Assembly: GCA_024672275.1 (NCBI GenBank)
Contig: GCA_024672275.1_4536.1
Strand: one strand, 5' to 3'
Origin: a phage
DNA: 64,000 bases
Position numbers and translations under genes: made by a program. The notes beneath the pieces are model-generated. The model saw only the letters and a list, made by a program, of their open reading frames with translations, searched no databases and was not told the origin of the DNA. Numbering within the stretch: position 1 is the first letter of the stretch; every line of letters starts with the position of its first letter. Positions 44,695 through 54,566 of this stretch are shown one piece after another.

Positions 44695-45243
44695 ATGCTG
44701 AATGCGGTAGAGTTGGCACCACTGATCCGAATTCTTGTTTATAACCCTTCTCAAGAAGTATTGCCAGATGCAATGCTGATTCAGATCATCCAAACTTGGA
44801 TTGATATTATAGGGAATGAAGATAAGGATAAGTGTGCAGTATTGTGGAACAGCTTGATTTCTGTTTTAGAGTATCTATGGAACAACGATGTTCTTAACAA
44901 CAGTACTCAAACAGGAGGAGCTATGTCCCGCAGAGAAAAGATGGGTGAAGTCGAAGTTGAAGTTAAATTTAACAACGGTCAAGTAACTTATAAGTCTCCG
45001 TGGGAAGATATCTATCATAACTATTTAAACGGTCTTATGGTCATTCCTGGGTGCACGGCAGGACGAGGAGCAACCAGTAAAGTTCTTATTGGCGGTGTGG
45101 ATGCTCGTGAGATTGATCGAGTAAACAGCGATCCTAACTCTGTGAATGGTCTTGGTAATGTTGCAAGTGTTGATCGTAATACACGTAACATTAATTATTT
45201 GCGAAATTACGGACCTGTTTCTTTTTATCGTAGGGACAAATAA
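44695..45243 (+). CDS. hypothetical structural protein (head-tail joining region)
   Basis: 182 aa. Confidence 0.5.
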   Translation: MLNAVELAPLIRILVYNPSQEVLPDAMLIQIIQTWIDIIGNEDKDKCAVLWNSLISVLEYLWNNDVLNNSTQTGGAMSRREKMGEVEVEVKFNNGQVTYKSPWEDIYHNYLNGLMVIPGCTAGRGATSKVLIGGVDAREIDRVNSDPNSVNGLGNVASVDRNTRNINYLRNYGPVSFYRRDK

Positions 45244-45731
45244 TGGAAAGTGAGATCTTACCAGGTGACGATACAGATTGGGAAACCATTATCAAAAAGA
45301 TGATGGATCTTGAACAAGTTCAAATCGAAGCTGGTTTTTTAACAAACAAAAGGCATCCTGAATCAGATCTCACTATTCCTGCAATAGCAGCTATTCAACA
45401 ATATGGTAATGAAACAAACAACATACCTGCTCGCCCTTTTATAACAGATGGTGCTGTTATCTCACAGAACAATATCGCTAAAAAGATGAAGCAGGTTTTT
45501 GCAAATTACCTAATGAACAATGTTGGGTTGGCTGTTTTTGAGCCTATAGCGAGAGCCTCTAGAGAAGGAATAGCTCAAGCGATTGCAATGCAACGTTATC
45601 GTCCTTTATCTCCTGTGACAATTAAGATACGACAAGATAAAGGCAACTATTCTAATCATATCTTAATAGATACGGCATATATGATAAATGCAATCGAAAC
45701 AAAAATCACAAAAAGCAAGTCTAAAAAATAA
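45243..45731 (+). CDS. hypothetical structural protein
   Basis: 162 aa, ATGA overlap with upstream gene. Confidence 0.5.
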   Translation: MESEILPGDDTDWETIIKKMMDLEQVQIEAGFLTNKRHPESDLTIPAIAAIQQYGNETNNIPARPFITDGAVISQNNIAKKMKQVFANYLMNNVGLAVFEPIARASREGIAQAIAMQRYRPLSPVTIKIRQDKGNYSNHILIDTAYMINAIETKITKSKSKK

Positions 45732-45732
45732 C

Positions 45733-45761
45733 TTGCATAAACTTTGTTTTTGATGTATACT
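45733..45761 (+). promoter_or_regulatory. sigma70-like promoter (TTGCAT-17-TATACT)
   Basis: Followed by AAAAGGAG RBS and GTG at 45777. Confidence 0.45.
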
Positions 45762-45776
45762 AAAAAGGAGATACAA

Positions 45777-46193
45777 GTGTTACTAGATCAATTTACTCTC
45801 CTTGATCTAACTGAATACCAAGGTCGTAGACGAGTCTACAAAGAGGCAGTTGGTTCAGTTATTGCTAACTTAGAAAGTAGTGTAGAATATGAACCATTTA
45901 CTATTGAAGCGGCAAGCTTACAACCGATATCTGGTAAAACACTGAATGCACTACCTGAAGGTTACAGATCTAAGGCTCAATATAGTTTCTGGACTAAAAC
46001 AGAAATGAAGGGGTTACAACAAGGAACAGAACAGTTATCAGATCAGATATTGATAGATGGTAAATGGTATTCTGTTTATTCCCTTAAAGATTGGACCAGA
46101 ACATCTTTCTTAGTCCATCATCACTGTGTTGCGATATTAGACGATCAAAACAACTCCTGGTCTTATGGAACAGAAGGAGGAAACTTTGGCTAA
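45777..46193 (+). CDS. hypothetical structural protein
   Basis: GTG start after AAAAGGAG (track ATG at 45744 lacks RBS). Confidence 0.45.
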   Translation: MLLDQFTLLDLTEYQGRRRVYKEAVGSVIANLESSVEYEPFTIEAASLQPISGKTLNALPEGYRSKAQYSFWTKTEMKGLQQGTEQLSDQILIDGKWYSVYSLKDWTRTSFLVHHHCVAILDDQNNSWSYGTEGGNFG

Positions 46194-46824
46194 TATTTAC
46201 CAACAAATAGAAGCATACGAAAATGCCATCTACTTAAATATAGGTGGCTTCCTTCAAGAATTAGTGGGGTTGCCAGTCTATGTTATGGATAAGCCATTCA
46301 TTAAACCGGATACTCCTTACCTAGCACTACGTATTATCACTTCCAGCGATTCTGGAGGTTGGTCTTACCGAAGCTCTATTCAAAATGATATGTATTCCTA
46401 CGAGATGGATAATACCTACGAGATTGAACTTGTAGCCTATCGTGGAAGACCTACCACTTTGATGAGCTATGTTCTGGCTGCTCTCCGTGGTGCAGAGGAA
46501 TTAAAATACAAACATCTCTATTCTAAAGGTCTTGGTTTTTTAGGAGCCTCTAATATAGCTCAAGCCAATACGATTGTAGACGGAGATAAGACTGAATTAA
46601 GAGCGCGTATGGTTATGACGTTCAACACTCGTATGAGTATTGAAGATATTGCTACTACACCAATAGAAGCAATCAACATGCACATCCGTTCATTCAGAGA
46701 TAGTTACAATGATCCTATCCCTTTAGATTTAATTCTAAACAGGGTTTATGCAATTACTTTGGTTCCAGGCGAATACTCGTCAGTTAATCAAAATGGATCA
46801 TTATTTAACAACCCTACCGAATAA
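46165..46824 (+). CDS. hypothetical structural protein
   Basis: 219 aa. Confidence 0.5.
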   Translation: MEQKEETLANIYQQIEAYENAIYLNIGGFLQELVGLPVYVMDKPFIKPDTPYLALRIITSSDSGGWSYRSSIQNDMYSYEMDNTYEIELVAYRGRPTTLMSYVLAALRGAEELKYKHLYSKGLGFLGASNIAQANTIVDGDKTELRARMVMTFNTRMSIEDIATTPIEAINMHIRSFRDSYNDPIPLDLILNRVYAITLVPGEYSSVNQNGSLFNNPTE

Positions 46825-46858
46825 ACTCATTGGAATTAAGTTTCTAACAGGAGCATAA

Positions 46859-48232
46859 ATGGCAACTTTTCGTGAAAAGGTAGCAACCGTAACTTTACTG
46901 TATGGTGCTACATCAATTCGTGAAACCCAGTTCGATATTCCCCTGATCCTTACAGGTCAGAACGTAACTGGCGAAGCGATTCAATATTACTCTTCTTCCG
47001 ATGCACTTTTGGAAGCAGGTTATGGATTAAATGATCCAGCGTATATTATGGCAGTCAAACTGTTTAACGGTTTGTTCCCACCAGATCAAGTCATGGTTGG
47101 TAAGCGTGAAGTTACAAACTTTACTCTAACTCCAATCGTAGAAGATAGTGCAACTTACACAATTACCATCAAAAATGGTACCAAGAAAAAAGAATTTAAA
47201 TTCATTGCTGATGACACTGCAACTGCACAAGAGATTGTAGTTGGTCTGACTGAAATGATCAATGCAGATCTTGTTTATGGCCCACTGTTTACAGTAGCTA
47301 ACAACGGCGCTGCAATGACTTTCACTCCAGTAGAAGGTAAGTTTGGTTCTATTGACAGCACAGGTTTCACTCAAGAAACTGTCTATGCTAATGCTATTAC
47401 GGAAGATATCGCTGCTCTGCATGATATTGATAGTAGCTGGTTCTGGACCCTTTCAGATTCCCATGAAACAGAAGATGTTCTAGCTTTGGCTGCATGGGTA
47501 GAAGAGAATGATAAAGTTTACTTCTTCTCTAGCTCTGAACCTGGGATTAAAACGAAAGCAGAAGATAACGTTCTGGAACGACTGAATGACCTCGGTTATA
47601 ATAACACTTGCTTTGCTTTGTGGATGACCGATGCAGATTCTGTATTCCCAGAAGCAGCAGTTGTTGGTGCAATCTGTTCTCGTCAACCTGGTTTAACTAC
47701 TCTTCACGGTAAAACACTGGTAGGTGTAGAGATCGAGAAACTGGATCAGACTTCGGAAAATAATATTGTTCAACAGAACGGTAACATCTATCGTAAAGAG
47801 CATGGAACTCTGTTCTATCGTGATGGATTGATGGTTAGCGGTTTCTTTGTTGACTATGTTGTTCATGCTTTGTGGTTTAAAGCTCGCACAGAAGAATCAC
47901 TGTTTACACTGTTTAAACAACAGTCTATGCTGGGTGGTGGTGTTCGTGCTACTTCAAACGGTCTGGCTTTGATTCGACAAGCTGTTCTGGCTAACCCGAT
48001 CCAAGTAGGTATCCTCAACGGTTCCATCGCTAACGAAGTTGTTACTTCTGAAGAGACTGGTTTGCGTGTCGATCTGAAACCTATTGTTTATATTCCTTCT
48101 CGTGCTGATATGACTGATGCGCAAATCAATGCTCGTCTGGTCGATGGGATGAAGATTGAATATGTTTACGCTGGCTTCTTCCATTACGTTAAAGTTCAGG
48201 TCAACGTCCTGACTAACCGTACTGCAAACTAA
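46859..48232 (+). CDS. tail sheath protein
   Basis: 457 aa, high-expression codons, followed by tube-sized gene, chaperones and tape measure. Confidence 0.55.
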   Translation: MATFREKVATVTLLYGATSIRETQFDIPLILTGQNVTGEAIQYYSSSDALLEAGYGLNDPAYIMAVKLFNGLFPPDQVMVGKREVTNFTLTPIVEDSATYTITIKNGTKKKEFKFIADDTATAQEIVVGLTEMINADLVYGPLFTVANNGAAMTFTPVEGKFGSIDSTGFTQETVYANAITEDIAALHDIDSSWFWTLSDSHETEDVLALAAWVEENDKVYFFSSSEPGIKTKAEDNVLERLNDLGYNNTCFALWMTDADSVFPEAAVVGAICSRQPGLTTLHGKTLVGVEIEKLDQTSENNIVQQNGNIYRKEHGTLFYRDGLMVSGFFVDYVVHALWFKARTEESLFTLFKQQSMLGGGVRATSNGLALIRQAVLANPIQVGILNGSIANEVVTSEETGLRVDLKPIVYIPSRADMTDAQINARLVDGMKIEYVYAGFFHYVKVQVNVLTNRTAN

Positions 48233-48235
48233 TAC

Positions 48236-48258
48236 GGCGGGGGTTAAGCCCCCGTTAT
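48236..48258 (+). terminator. hairpin terminator/attenuator after sheath gene
   Basis: 6-bp GC stem cggggg/cccccg, weak U tail. Confidence 0.45.
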
Positions 48259-48278
48259 CAAAATAAAGAGGATCTATA

Positions 48279-48758
48279 ATGGATAAAATGCTTACTGGCG
48301 TAATGGCCTACGACCCATCTCAAGTTATCCTTTCATTAGGTGGTTGGGAACCGTGGGGTTTTGCGGCTGATACTAAAATCGTTATTGCTAAATCTAACGA
48401 TATTATTAACCCTTATTCAGGGACTGATGGTGACGTTTCACTAGCTTTGAGTCGTAACCGTTTGGGAACACTCACAATGTCTTTGCAACGCACATCTCCA
48501 GCTAACGAAGTACTTGCAACATATGCACAAACAATGTATTCTACTCGTCAAGTAGCATTCAGCGTTTACTTGGAAGACCCACGTGGCTATTACATTAGCA
48601 CGATTGGATGGATTCAAAGTCAGCCTGAAGATACTATTGGCGAAATGATTACAGAGAACCAATGGGTTATTGGTCTTAAAGATGCAAGCCTTCTGCGTAA
48701 TGAAGTTGGTGTAGGTTTGAGCACCCTTAACTCAATCTCTGCTCTGACAATTCAATAA
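48279..48758 (+). CDS. tail tube protein
   Basis: 159 aa directly after sheath; high-expression codons. Confidence 0.5.
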   Translation: MDKMLTGVMAYDPSQVILSLGGWEPWGFAADTKIVIAKSNDIINPYSGTDGDVSLALSRNRLGTLTMSLQRTSPANEVLATYAQTMYSTRQVAFSVYLEDPRGYYISTIGWIQSQPEDTIGEMITENQWVIGLKDASLLRNEVGVGLSTLNSISALTIQ

Positions 48759-48763
48759 TAAAT

Positions 48764-48788
48764 AAAGGGCAGAAATGCCCTTTTTATC
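48764..48788 (+). terminator. rho-independent terminator after tube gene
   Basis: Stem agggca/tgccct with GAAA loop followed by tttttatc. Confidence 0.7.
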
Positions 48789-48803
48789 ATTAGAGAGGAA
48801 AAT

Positions 48804-49286
48804 ATGTCACAAGAACAAGATAACACAATTCAAAAATATGCTCGACCAGAAGAAGTAGTTGAGATTCCGTTAGATGGAAACAGATCTGTTACTTTCCGTA
48901 TTATGAAGTGGAGTCCATCTAAAGTGTTTGACAGGATTCCAGAATTGGGTAGTGTTCTGGTTGTTCCTATGACTATGTACAGCACAGCAACAATGTCCGC
49001 AGACGAAGACCTTGAGTCACGTATTGCTATGGCACTGATCCAACTTTTTGCAGGTTTGGAAGAAAAGAATTTAACTGTCTTTTTGCGTAAAATTTTAGAT
49101 GAGGTTTATACTCAAGACGGTTATAACGTTGCAGAAAATTTTGACGAATTATTTATGGCTCACCCAGAACTAGTGTTAGATCTTACTGCTAAAGTTCTGG
49201 AGGTAAACTACGGCCCTTTTTTCAAACGAGGTTTCGGAAAACTGTTCACACAGCTTCAGGCGATGACGAGTTTAGCAGCAAATTAA
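48804..49286 (+). CDS. tail assembly chaperone
   Basis: 160 aa between tube and tape measure; contains slippery heptamer near 3' end. Confidence 0.5.
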   Translation: MSQEQDNTIQKYARPEEVVEIPLDGNRSVTFRIMKWSPSKVFDRIPELGSVLVVPMTMYSTATMSADEDLESRIAMALIQLFAGLEEKNLTVFLRKILDEVYTQDGYNVAENFDELFMAHPELVLDLTAKVLEVNYGPFFKRGFGKLFTQLQAMTSLAAN

Positions 49287-49333
49287 CACCTGCGATTGAA
49301 CATGCTATCGACACAGCAACGAAAACCCTTACT

Positions 49334-49552
49334 TTGAAGTGGTATGAGGTTATTCTTTGCAAAGTCGTTAAAGATACCTCGGAAACACTGAAAACATTGG
49401 ATAACTACGGTGTAGATTATCTTTTAAAACTATATGAGTATTTAACATACGAAGAGTATGTTGAAGCCATGTATGTTAAAGACACTTCAATAAAGAGAAA
49501 ACATCAAAACCAGACAAATAAAATGTCAGATTTGTTTAAGAAACTTGTTTAA
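49334..49552 (+). CDS. tail assembly chaperone -1 frame extension (track ORF; -1 frame open from about 49205)
   Basis: ORF in -1 frame relative to 48804..49286, ending just before tape measure gene. Confidence 0.4.
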   Translation: MKWYEVILCKVVKDTSETLKTLDNYGVDYLLKLYEYLTYEEYVEAMYVKDTSIKRKHQNQTNKMSDLFKKLV

Positions 49553-49572
49553 TCCAACACGAGGAACATACT

Positions 49573-51561
49573 TTGTTAGAAATTAACGCCTCCAAAATTA
49601 GTAACGTGGTTACGTTTAAGGTGGACAAGAACAGTCTCAAGGAAGCAAAAGATGCCGTGTTGAGTGTTCAGAAGTTTGCAAATAAAATGCAACCCACTAT
49701 GAACATGACCAAGTTTAGACAACAAATGAAAGAGATTGAGCGTGAACTTAAGAAAGCTCAAACTCAAAGTCAAAAACCTATGCGAGCACCTACTCCCGCT
49801 GGAGCGGGTGCTCCTGTAGGTGGATCTGGCAGACCAAGAACTCCTAAAACCCCGCAAGGAAGAGAAGAAGAAAAAGCTCGTAAAGCGGCTGAACGCGAAG
49901 CTAAAGCAGCAGCACGTAGGGAAGACTTAGGTAATCTTCGTTTGCAAAACTTTAACTACCGAGCAAAAGCATTTAGTAAAGCCAGTCCTGGCGCTATGCA
50001 AGAAGCTAGAGACGTTATGGGTAAAGCTGTAGAGCAATACAAAAAGGGTGAAATAACTCTTCAACGTATGAACCAAGCTCTTGCTCACCAGTTAGATGCC
50101 TTACGCAGATCTCATCGTGAAAAGAATGCTGAAATAGAAGACGAGGTTCGCGGTCGTCGCCGTATTCGTAGAGAGCTAGAAGCAGAAGCTAAAATGCGTA
50201 TACGTATGCGAAACCGTGAACTTAGAGATATAGAACGCAACCGTAAGCGTGAATTAGCTCAACAAAAACGTGATCGTGATCGTCGATATGGACAATTAAA
50301 AGAAGGTGCAGCAGGTCTTAATCCACGTATGATTGCATCCTCTTTGATAGGTGCTGGGCTGTTTGCAGGTGGTTCTGTAGTTGGTAACACTTTGATGAAT
50401 ACTAACGAAAGAATTAAAATGGTTAGTCGCGGTGCTGAAAACGTCCAAACAAATGCTAACTCTATTTTAACAATGACAGCATGGGGTGAACAAAACGGTG
50501 TAGACTCGGCAAATATTATTAAAGCAATAGATAACATTAAAGACGTTCGTGAACGTCTAGGTAATACCATGATGAACACCAAATGGAACGCAAAAGAAGG
50601 GAAATGGAAAGGTGGTGATAACGGTATTACTGATATTATGAATGCTTTTGGTTGGAACCCCGATCAAATAAAACACTTGCAAAATGACCCGTTAGCTTTT
50701 ATCCAAGCCACTGTTAATGAAGGCGAACGTCGAGGCATGAACTCTGCTCAAATCGGGCGACTTCTTGAAAACCTTGGGGATGACCTTATGCACTACCAAC
50801 GCATGTTTAGTAAAAATGGCGAAGGTTACAATGAAACATTGAAAATGCTTCAAAGAACAGGTGCAACATTAACTCAAGAACAAATAGATGCTTCTAAAGA
50901 GTTTACTCGTTTTGCTGCAACAGTTCAGCTTGTAGGTCAAGGTATGCAGAACCACTTCTTAGAGGGTTTTGTGAAAGCGTTACCTAAAGATGATTCTTGG
51001 TTGGATAACGTTAAAGTGCTAGATCAGTTTGCCAAAGATTTAGGTGAAGAACTCGGTAAGACAACAGTTCAATTAGGAGGTTTTGCTAAAGAATTGGGAG
51101 ATGGTTTCGGATCTTTTACCAATTGGCTTAAAGAAACATTCCCAGATACATTCGGAGACAACACAGATCCTAATAAATCTATGGCACAAAAAGCATACGA
51201 GGCAACGCAAAGTGGAGACAGCAATCCTGTAGCAGATTGGTTGTATAATTTAACAGGTATTGATACACAAGATATTGGTCGTATGTGGAGAGGAGAACAA
51301 ACAAGGACACGTGCTTTTGGATTTGGTAATCCTCTTGAAGATTTACGTGAATCAGCCTATACACCTAACGTAAGTTTGGCTCGTAATCAACCTGTTGTTG
51401 AGAATACGGTAGCAATACCAAGTGATCTTATCAAAGTTACGATCAGTCCTTCTTCCGAGTTTGGAAATATTCTTGATGCAAGAATTCAAAATAGCGGAAA
51501 TAGCATTTTCCAACGTTTATCTCTTTCAACTCTAAGTGGACAATCTAACACTGGTGGTTAA
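49573..51561 (+). CDS. tail tape measure protein
   Basis: 662 aa, long helical/charged repeats, position after chaperones. Confidence 0.6.
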   Translation: MLEINASKISNVVTFKVDKNSLKEAKDAVLSVQKFANKMQPTMNMTKFRQQMKEIERELKKAQTQSQKPMRAPTPAGAGAPVGGSGRPRTPKTPQGREEEKARKAAEREAKAAARREDLGNLRLQNFNYRAKAFSKASPGAMQEARDVMGKAVEQYKKGEITLQRMNQALAHQLDALRRSHREKNAEIEDEVRGRRRIRRELEAEAKMRIRMRNRELRDIERNRKRELAQQKRDRDRRYGQLKEGAAGLNPRMIASSLIGAGLFAGGSVVGNTLMNTNERIKMVSRGAENVQTNANSILTMTAWGEQNGVDSANIIKAIDNIKDVRERLGNTMMNTKWNAKEGKWKGGDNGITDIMNAFGWNPDQIKHLQNDPLAFIQATVNEGERRGMNSAQIGRLLENLGDDLMHYQRMFSKNGEGYNETLKMLQRTGATLTQEQIDASKEFTRFAATVQLVGQGMQNHFLEGFVKALPKDDSWLDNVKVLDQFAKDLGEELGKTTVQLGGFAKELGDGFGSFTNWLKETFPDTFGDNTDPNKSMAQKAYEATQSGDSNPVADWLYNLTGIDTQDIGRMWRGEQTRTRAFGFGNPLEDLRESAYTPNVSLARNQPVVENTVAIPSDLIKVTISPSSEFGNILDARIQNSGNSIFQRLSLSTLSGQSNTGG

Positions 51562-51568
51562 TAAAATA

Positions 51569-51590
51569 CCTCGCTTCGGCGGGGTTTTTT
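51569..51590 (+). terminator. rho-independent terminator after tape measure gene
   Basis: Stem cctcgc/gcgggg with TTCG loop followed by tttttt. Confidence 0.75.
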
Positions 51591-51598
51591 CGTTTCCC

Positions 51599-51628
51599 TT
51601 GACACGAAGTTTCTATATGTGTTACAAT
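51599..51628 (+). promoter_or_regulatory. sigma70-like promoter (TTGACA-18-TACAAT)
   Basis: Immediately after terminator, upstream of baseplate genes. Confidence 0.55.
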
Positions 51629-51687
51629 AATCAATATGGGAAGATCTTGCGTCTTCCTTTTGGCATTATCATTACCACGAGGTTATC

Positions 51688-52395
51688 ATGGCAGCAATGA
51701 CTCCACAACAGTCGGTGAGAGCCGTCTACAAGGCAGAACAGGAAATCAACTCTACCGAGAATAAAAATACCTCGGCATCTACCGTAAAGGGTGATAATGG
51801 TTTCTGTATTTTAGCAAGTGTTTATAATAGTTCAAGCGATCAATACATTCAAAACTTTAAAGCAATTACTTTCGATTCAGTCCCTGAAATAGGTGTAACT
51901 CGTGAAGCAGATGTTACAAGTTTTCCTGTGGAATCAGGATCGGATGTAAGCGATCACGTTCAGATAAAAAATAACAGATTTAAACTTTCAGGTATAATTA
52001 CCGAAACACCAATTCGACTTATGCGAGATCAATTATACAGTGCAGGTGTAAATGGAGCGAGGATTTCTCAAGCAATAGAATATCTGGACCAAATATTTGA
52101 GTCAAGACAACCAATAGTCCTTTTGACAGAACACAGAACTTTTGAAAATGTTATTCTCAAAGGCTACTCTTATGATTATAAATCTGAATTTGCTATGCAA
52201 TTTGATTTAGAGTTTGAACAAATCCGTCTCGTCTCTAAGGCAACCACTAATGCTATTGCTGTAAAAACAGCACCAAATAAATCAACTGGTGGTGATGTGA
52301 AAGGACAAGTTCCATCTGGCGGTCCTAAAGTGGATAACCCAATTACAAGAAACACTGCTTCATCAACCGGAACACCAACTAATACGGGGAATTAA
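51688..52395 (+). CDS. tail/baseplate protein
   Basis: 235 aa, first gene after tape measure. Confidence 0.5.
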   Translation: MAAMTPQQSVRAVYKAEQEINSTENKNTSASTVKGDNGFCILASVYNSSSDQYIQNFKAITFDSVPEIGVTREADVTSFPVESGSDVSDHVQIKNNRFKLSGIITETPIRLMRDQLYSAGVNGARISQAIEYLDQIFESRQPIVLLTEHRTFENVILKGYSYDYKSEFAMQFDLEFEQIRLVSKATTNAIAVKTAPNKSTGGDVKGQVPSGGPKVDNPITRNTASSTGTPTNTGN

Positions 52396-52397
52396 TA

Positions 52398-52811
52398 ATG
52401 GCAACATATTCTAAGACAACCCGATCTACAAGCAATTCTGGTTATAGTGCAGTATATTTAGAAGATCATTCAACATACTTTGCATGGTATTTGAAAACAG
52501 AGGAATATCCAGATCAAACTTATACGGTAACTTTAGATGGGGTTGATTACGACATTCGTTTAAGGTGGAACACTAGGGACGAGTCTTGGCAATGTCAAAT
52601 AGGGCTGTCTGGAGACGATCCAAGTATTACTTTTAAAGTTACAAATGGTTTAGATCTTCTTAAACCTTATAAATATCTTGAAAGTGTGCCAGATGGTCAA
52701 TTATATATAGTAGATACAGTCAAGATTAATGGTCGTCCTGGGTATACAACTACAGGTCGAGATAAACGTTTTGTATTGGTTTATATTGATAACAAACCTA
52801 ATCAGGCGTAA
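52398..52811 (+). CDS. tail/baseplate protein
   Basis: 137 aa. Confidence 0.5.
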   Translation: MATYSKTTRSTSNSGYSAVYLEDHSTYFAWYLKTEEYPDQTYTVTLDGVDYDIRLRWNTRDESWQCQIGLSGDDPSITFKVTNGLDLLKPYKYLESVPDGQLYIVDTVKINGRPGYTTTGRDKRFVLVYIDNKPNQA

Positions 52812-52820
52812 GGAGATAAT

Positions 52821-53831
52821 ATGGCAGAAAGAGAGTATACAAAAGCTCCTGCCCCTAATTTAAACAGGGCATACAAATTATTAATTGGTTCTGCCACAAA
52901 CACAATACAGAAGAGAACCAAGAACTCGGCATTTAAATCTACAGTAGATTTGGATACCAAGTTAGGGACAACAGAAAAATCCTCTTCTAATTTGTATTTG
53001 TTGCAAGACCATCAAATAACCTTCAGTATTAAGAAAGATAATAACAAAGATCCTAACCAAGCAGAGATTGTAGTTTATAACCTTTCAGATGATACTGTTA
53101 ACTACATAAACCGTGGTATCCGAAATAACTTGGCTGTCGCTTTAGCTGTAGGATACGAAGGTGAAGAGTTGGTTATGATCTTCAAAGGGACTATCCAGTG
53201 GGTTAGTGATACCTTTGACTCTGTAGACAGGAAAACTACTTTACACTGTTTGGATGGTGGTATTAACATTGCAGAAGCAAGAACAAGCCGCAGCTATCCA
53301 AAAGGAACTAAAATCAAACGTGTTGTGACAGATTTGGTAAAGGATTTAGGGACTACAGAAGGTAATATACATGTAGACAATGACCAAACCCTGTCTTCAG
53401 CAACAGCTATGTGTGGGAATACTTCGCATTACCTAGAACATATTTGTAAGAGTATTGATCACAATGTGTCAATACAAGACGGATCTGTTTATGTTACTCC
53501 ACGTTCCCAAATGTCTAGTGCACGTAGCGCCTACATTAGTCCTGAAACTGGTTTAATAGGAAGCCCAGAACCATTCCACAATGATATTAAACCTACTAAA
53601 AAAGTTACCAAATCCTCTAAGAAGGCAAAGAAACCTACAGATGGTGTTAAATTCAAATGCCAAATGAATGGTGCAATATTACCAGAAAAAACAATCTGGT
53701 TAAAAAGCCGAGATTATGATGGTCCATTTAAAGTAGTTTCTGTTTCTCACAACGGAGATAAAGAAGGTAAAGAGTGGGTTACTGAAGTGGAGTGTGTATC
53801 CGTGTCTGAAGTAATGACTAAGGAGAAATAA
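52821..53831 (+). CDS. baseplate protein (possible hub)
   Basis: 336 aa, precedes spike-like gene. Confidence 0.5.
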   Translation: MAEREYTKAPAPNLNRAYKLLIGSATNTIQKRTKNSAFKSTVDLDTKLGTTEKSSSNLYLLQDHQITFSIKKDNNKDPNQAEIVVYNLSDDTVNYINRGIRNNLAVALAVGYEGEELVMIFKGTIQWVSDTFDSVDRKTTLHCLDGGINIAEARTSRSYPKGTKIKRVVTDLVKDLGTTEGNIHVDNDQTLSSATAMCGNTSHYLEHICKSIDHNVSIQDGSVYVTPRSQMSSARSAYISPETGLIGSPEPFHNDIKPTKKVTKSSKKAKKPTDGVKFKCQMNGAILPEKTIWLKSRDYDGPFKVVSVSHNGDKEGKEWVTEVECVSVSEVMTKEK

Positions 53832-54565
53832 TGGATGCATTGAATTTTGTCACAGCAATGCGTGGCTTAATGACAGAACAATTAGCAGAAGTCCATACAG
53901 CCTTGCCAGTCCGTGTGACTGGCGTTAATTATGGTGCTAAGACTGTCACCTTAGAATCTATTGTTAAAAACACACGATCTAGTGAAGATGAAATAGATTA
54001 TCCTACTTTTGAAGATGTTCCTTTCATGGTTAATGGTGGTGGGACAGGAAGAATCTCATTCCCTATTAAATCAGGAGATTTAGGGACCGTTATATTTTCT
54101 GAACGAGATCCTTCTAATGCACTGCAAACTAGTGGGGAAACTTCTTCATCATCCACTTTTATGCAGCCTTGTGGATTATACCCTATTTGTTTTATTCCCA
54201 AAATAGCTACAGGAACAGATTCAACAGAAGCTGTAGATTCTGAAAAGGTAGTTATTTCTAATAACAAAAACACGTACGCTTCTTTCGACCCTACAGGTAA
54301 TATTTCAATATGGAATAGTCAAGGGATGAAAATAGACATTACTACCTCCGGTATTACTATTACAGATGGCACAGGGACTTTGGATCTAAAAGGTGGTAAT
54401 TTAACTTTCAAAGGCGGCGTAGCAGATATCAATGGTCTTAAAATAGATCAGAACGGTTTGATGACAGATGGTAATGGCATCGGATTCCATACTCACACGC
54501 ACACGGTTCGTAATATTCAGAGCGGTAGCTCAAGTGCCGAGTCCTTAAAACCAACAGGAGCCTAA
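53831..54565 (+). CDS. baseplate central spike protein (P2 gpV-like)
   Basis: C-terminal Gly/Thr-rich repeats ending GIGFHTHTHT, resembling His-rich spike tip. Confidence 0.5.
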   Translation: MDALNFVTAMRGLMTEQLAEVHTALPVRVTGVNYGAKTVTLESIVKNTRSSEDEIDYPTFEDVPFMVNGGGTGRISFPIKSGDLGTVIFSERDPSNALQTSGETSSSSTFMQPCGLYPICFIPKIATGTDSTEAVDSEKVVISNNKNTYASFDPTGNISIWNSQGMKIDITTSGITITDGTGTLDLKGGNLTFKGGVADINGLKIDQNGLMTDGNGIGFHTHTHTVRNIQSGSSSAESLKPTGA

Positions 54566-54566
54566 C

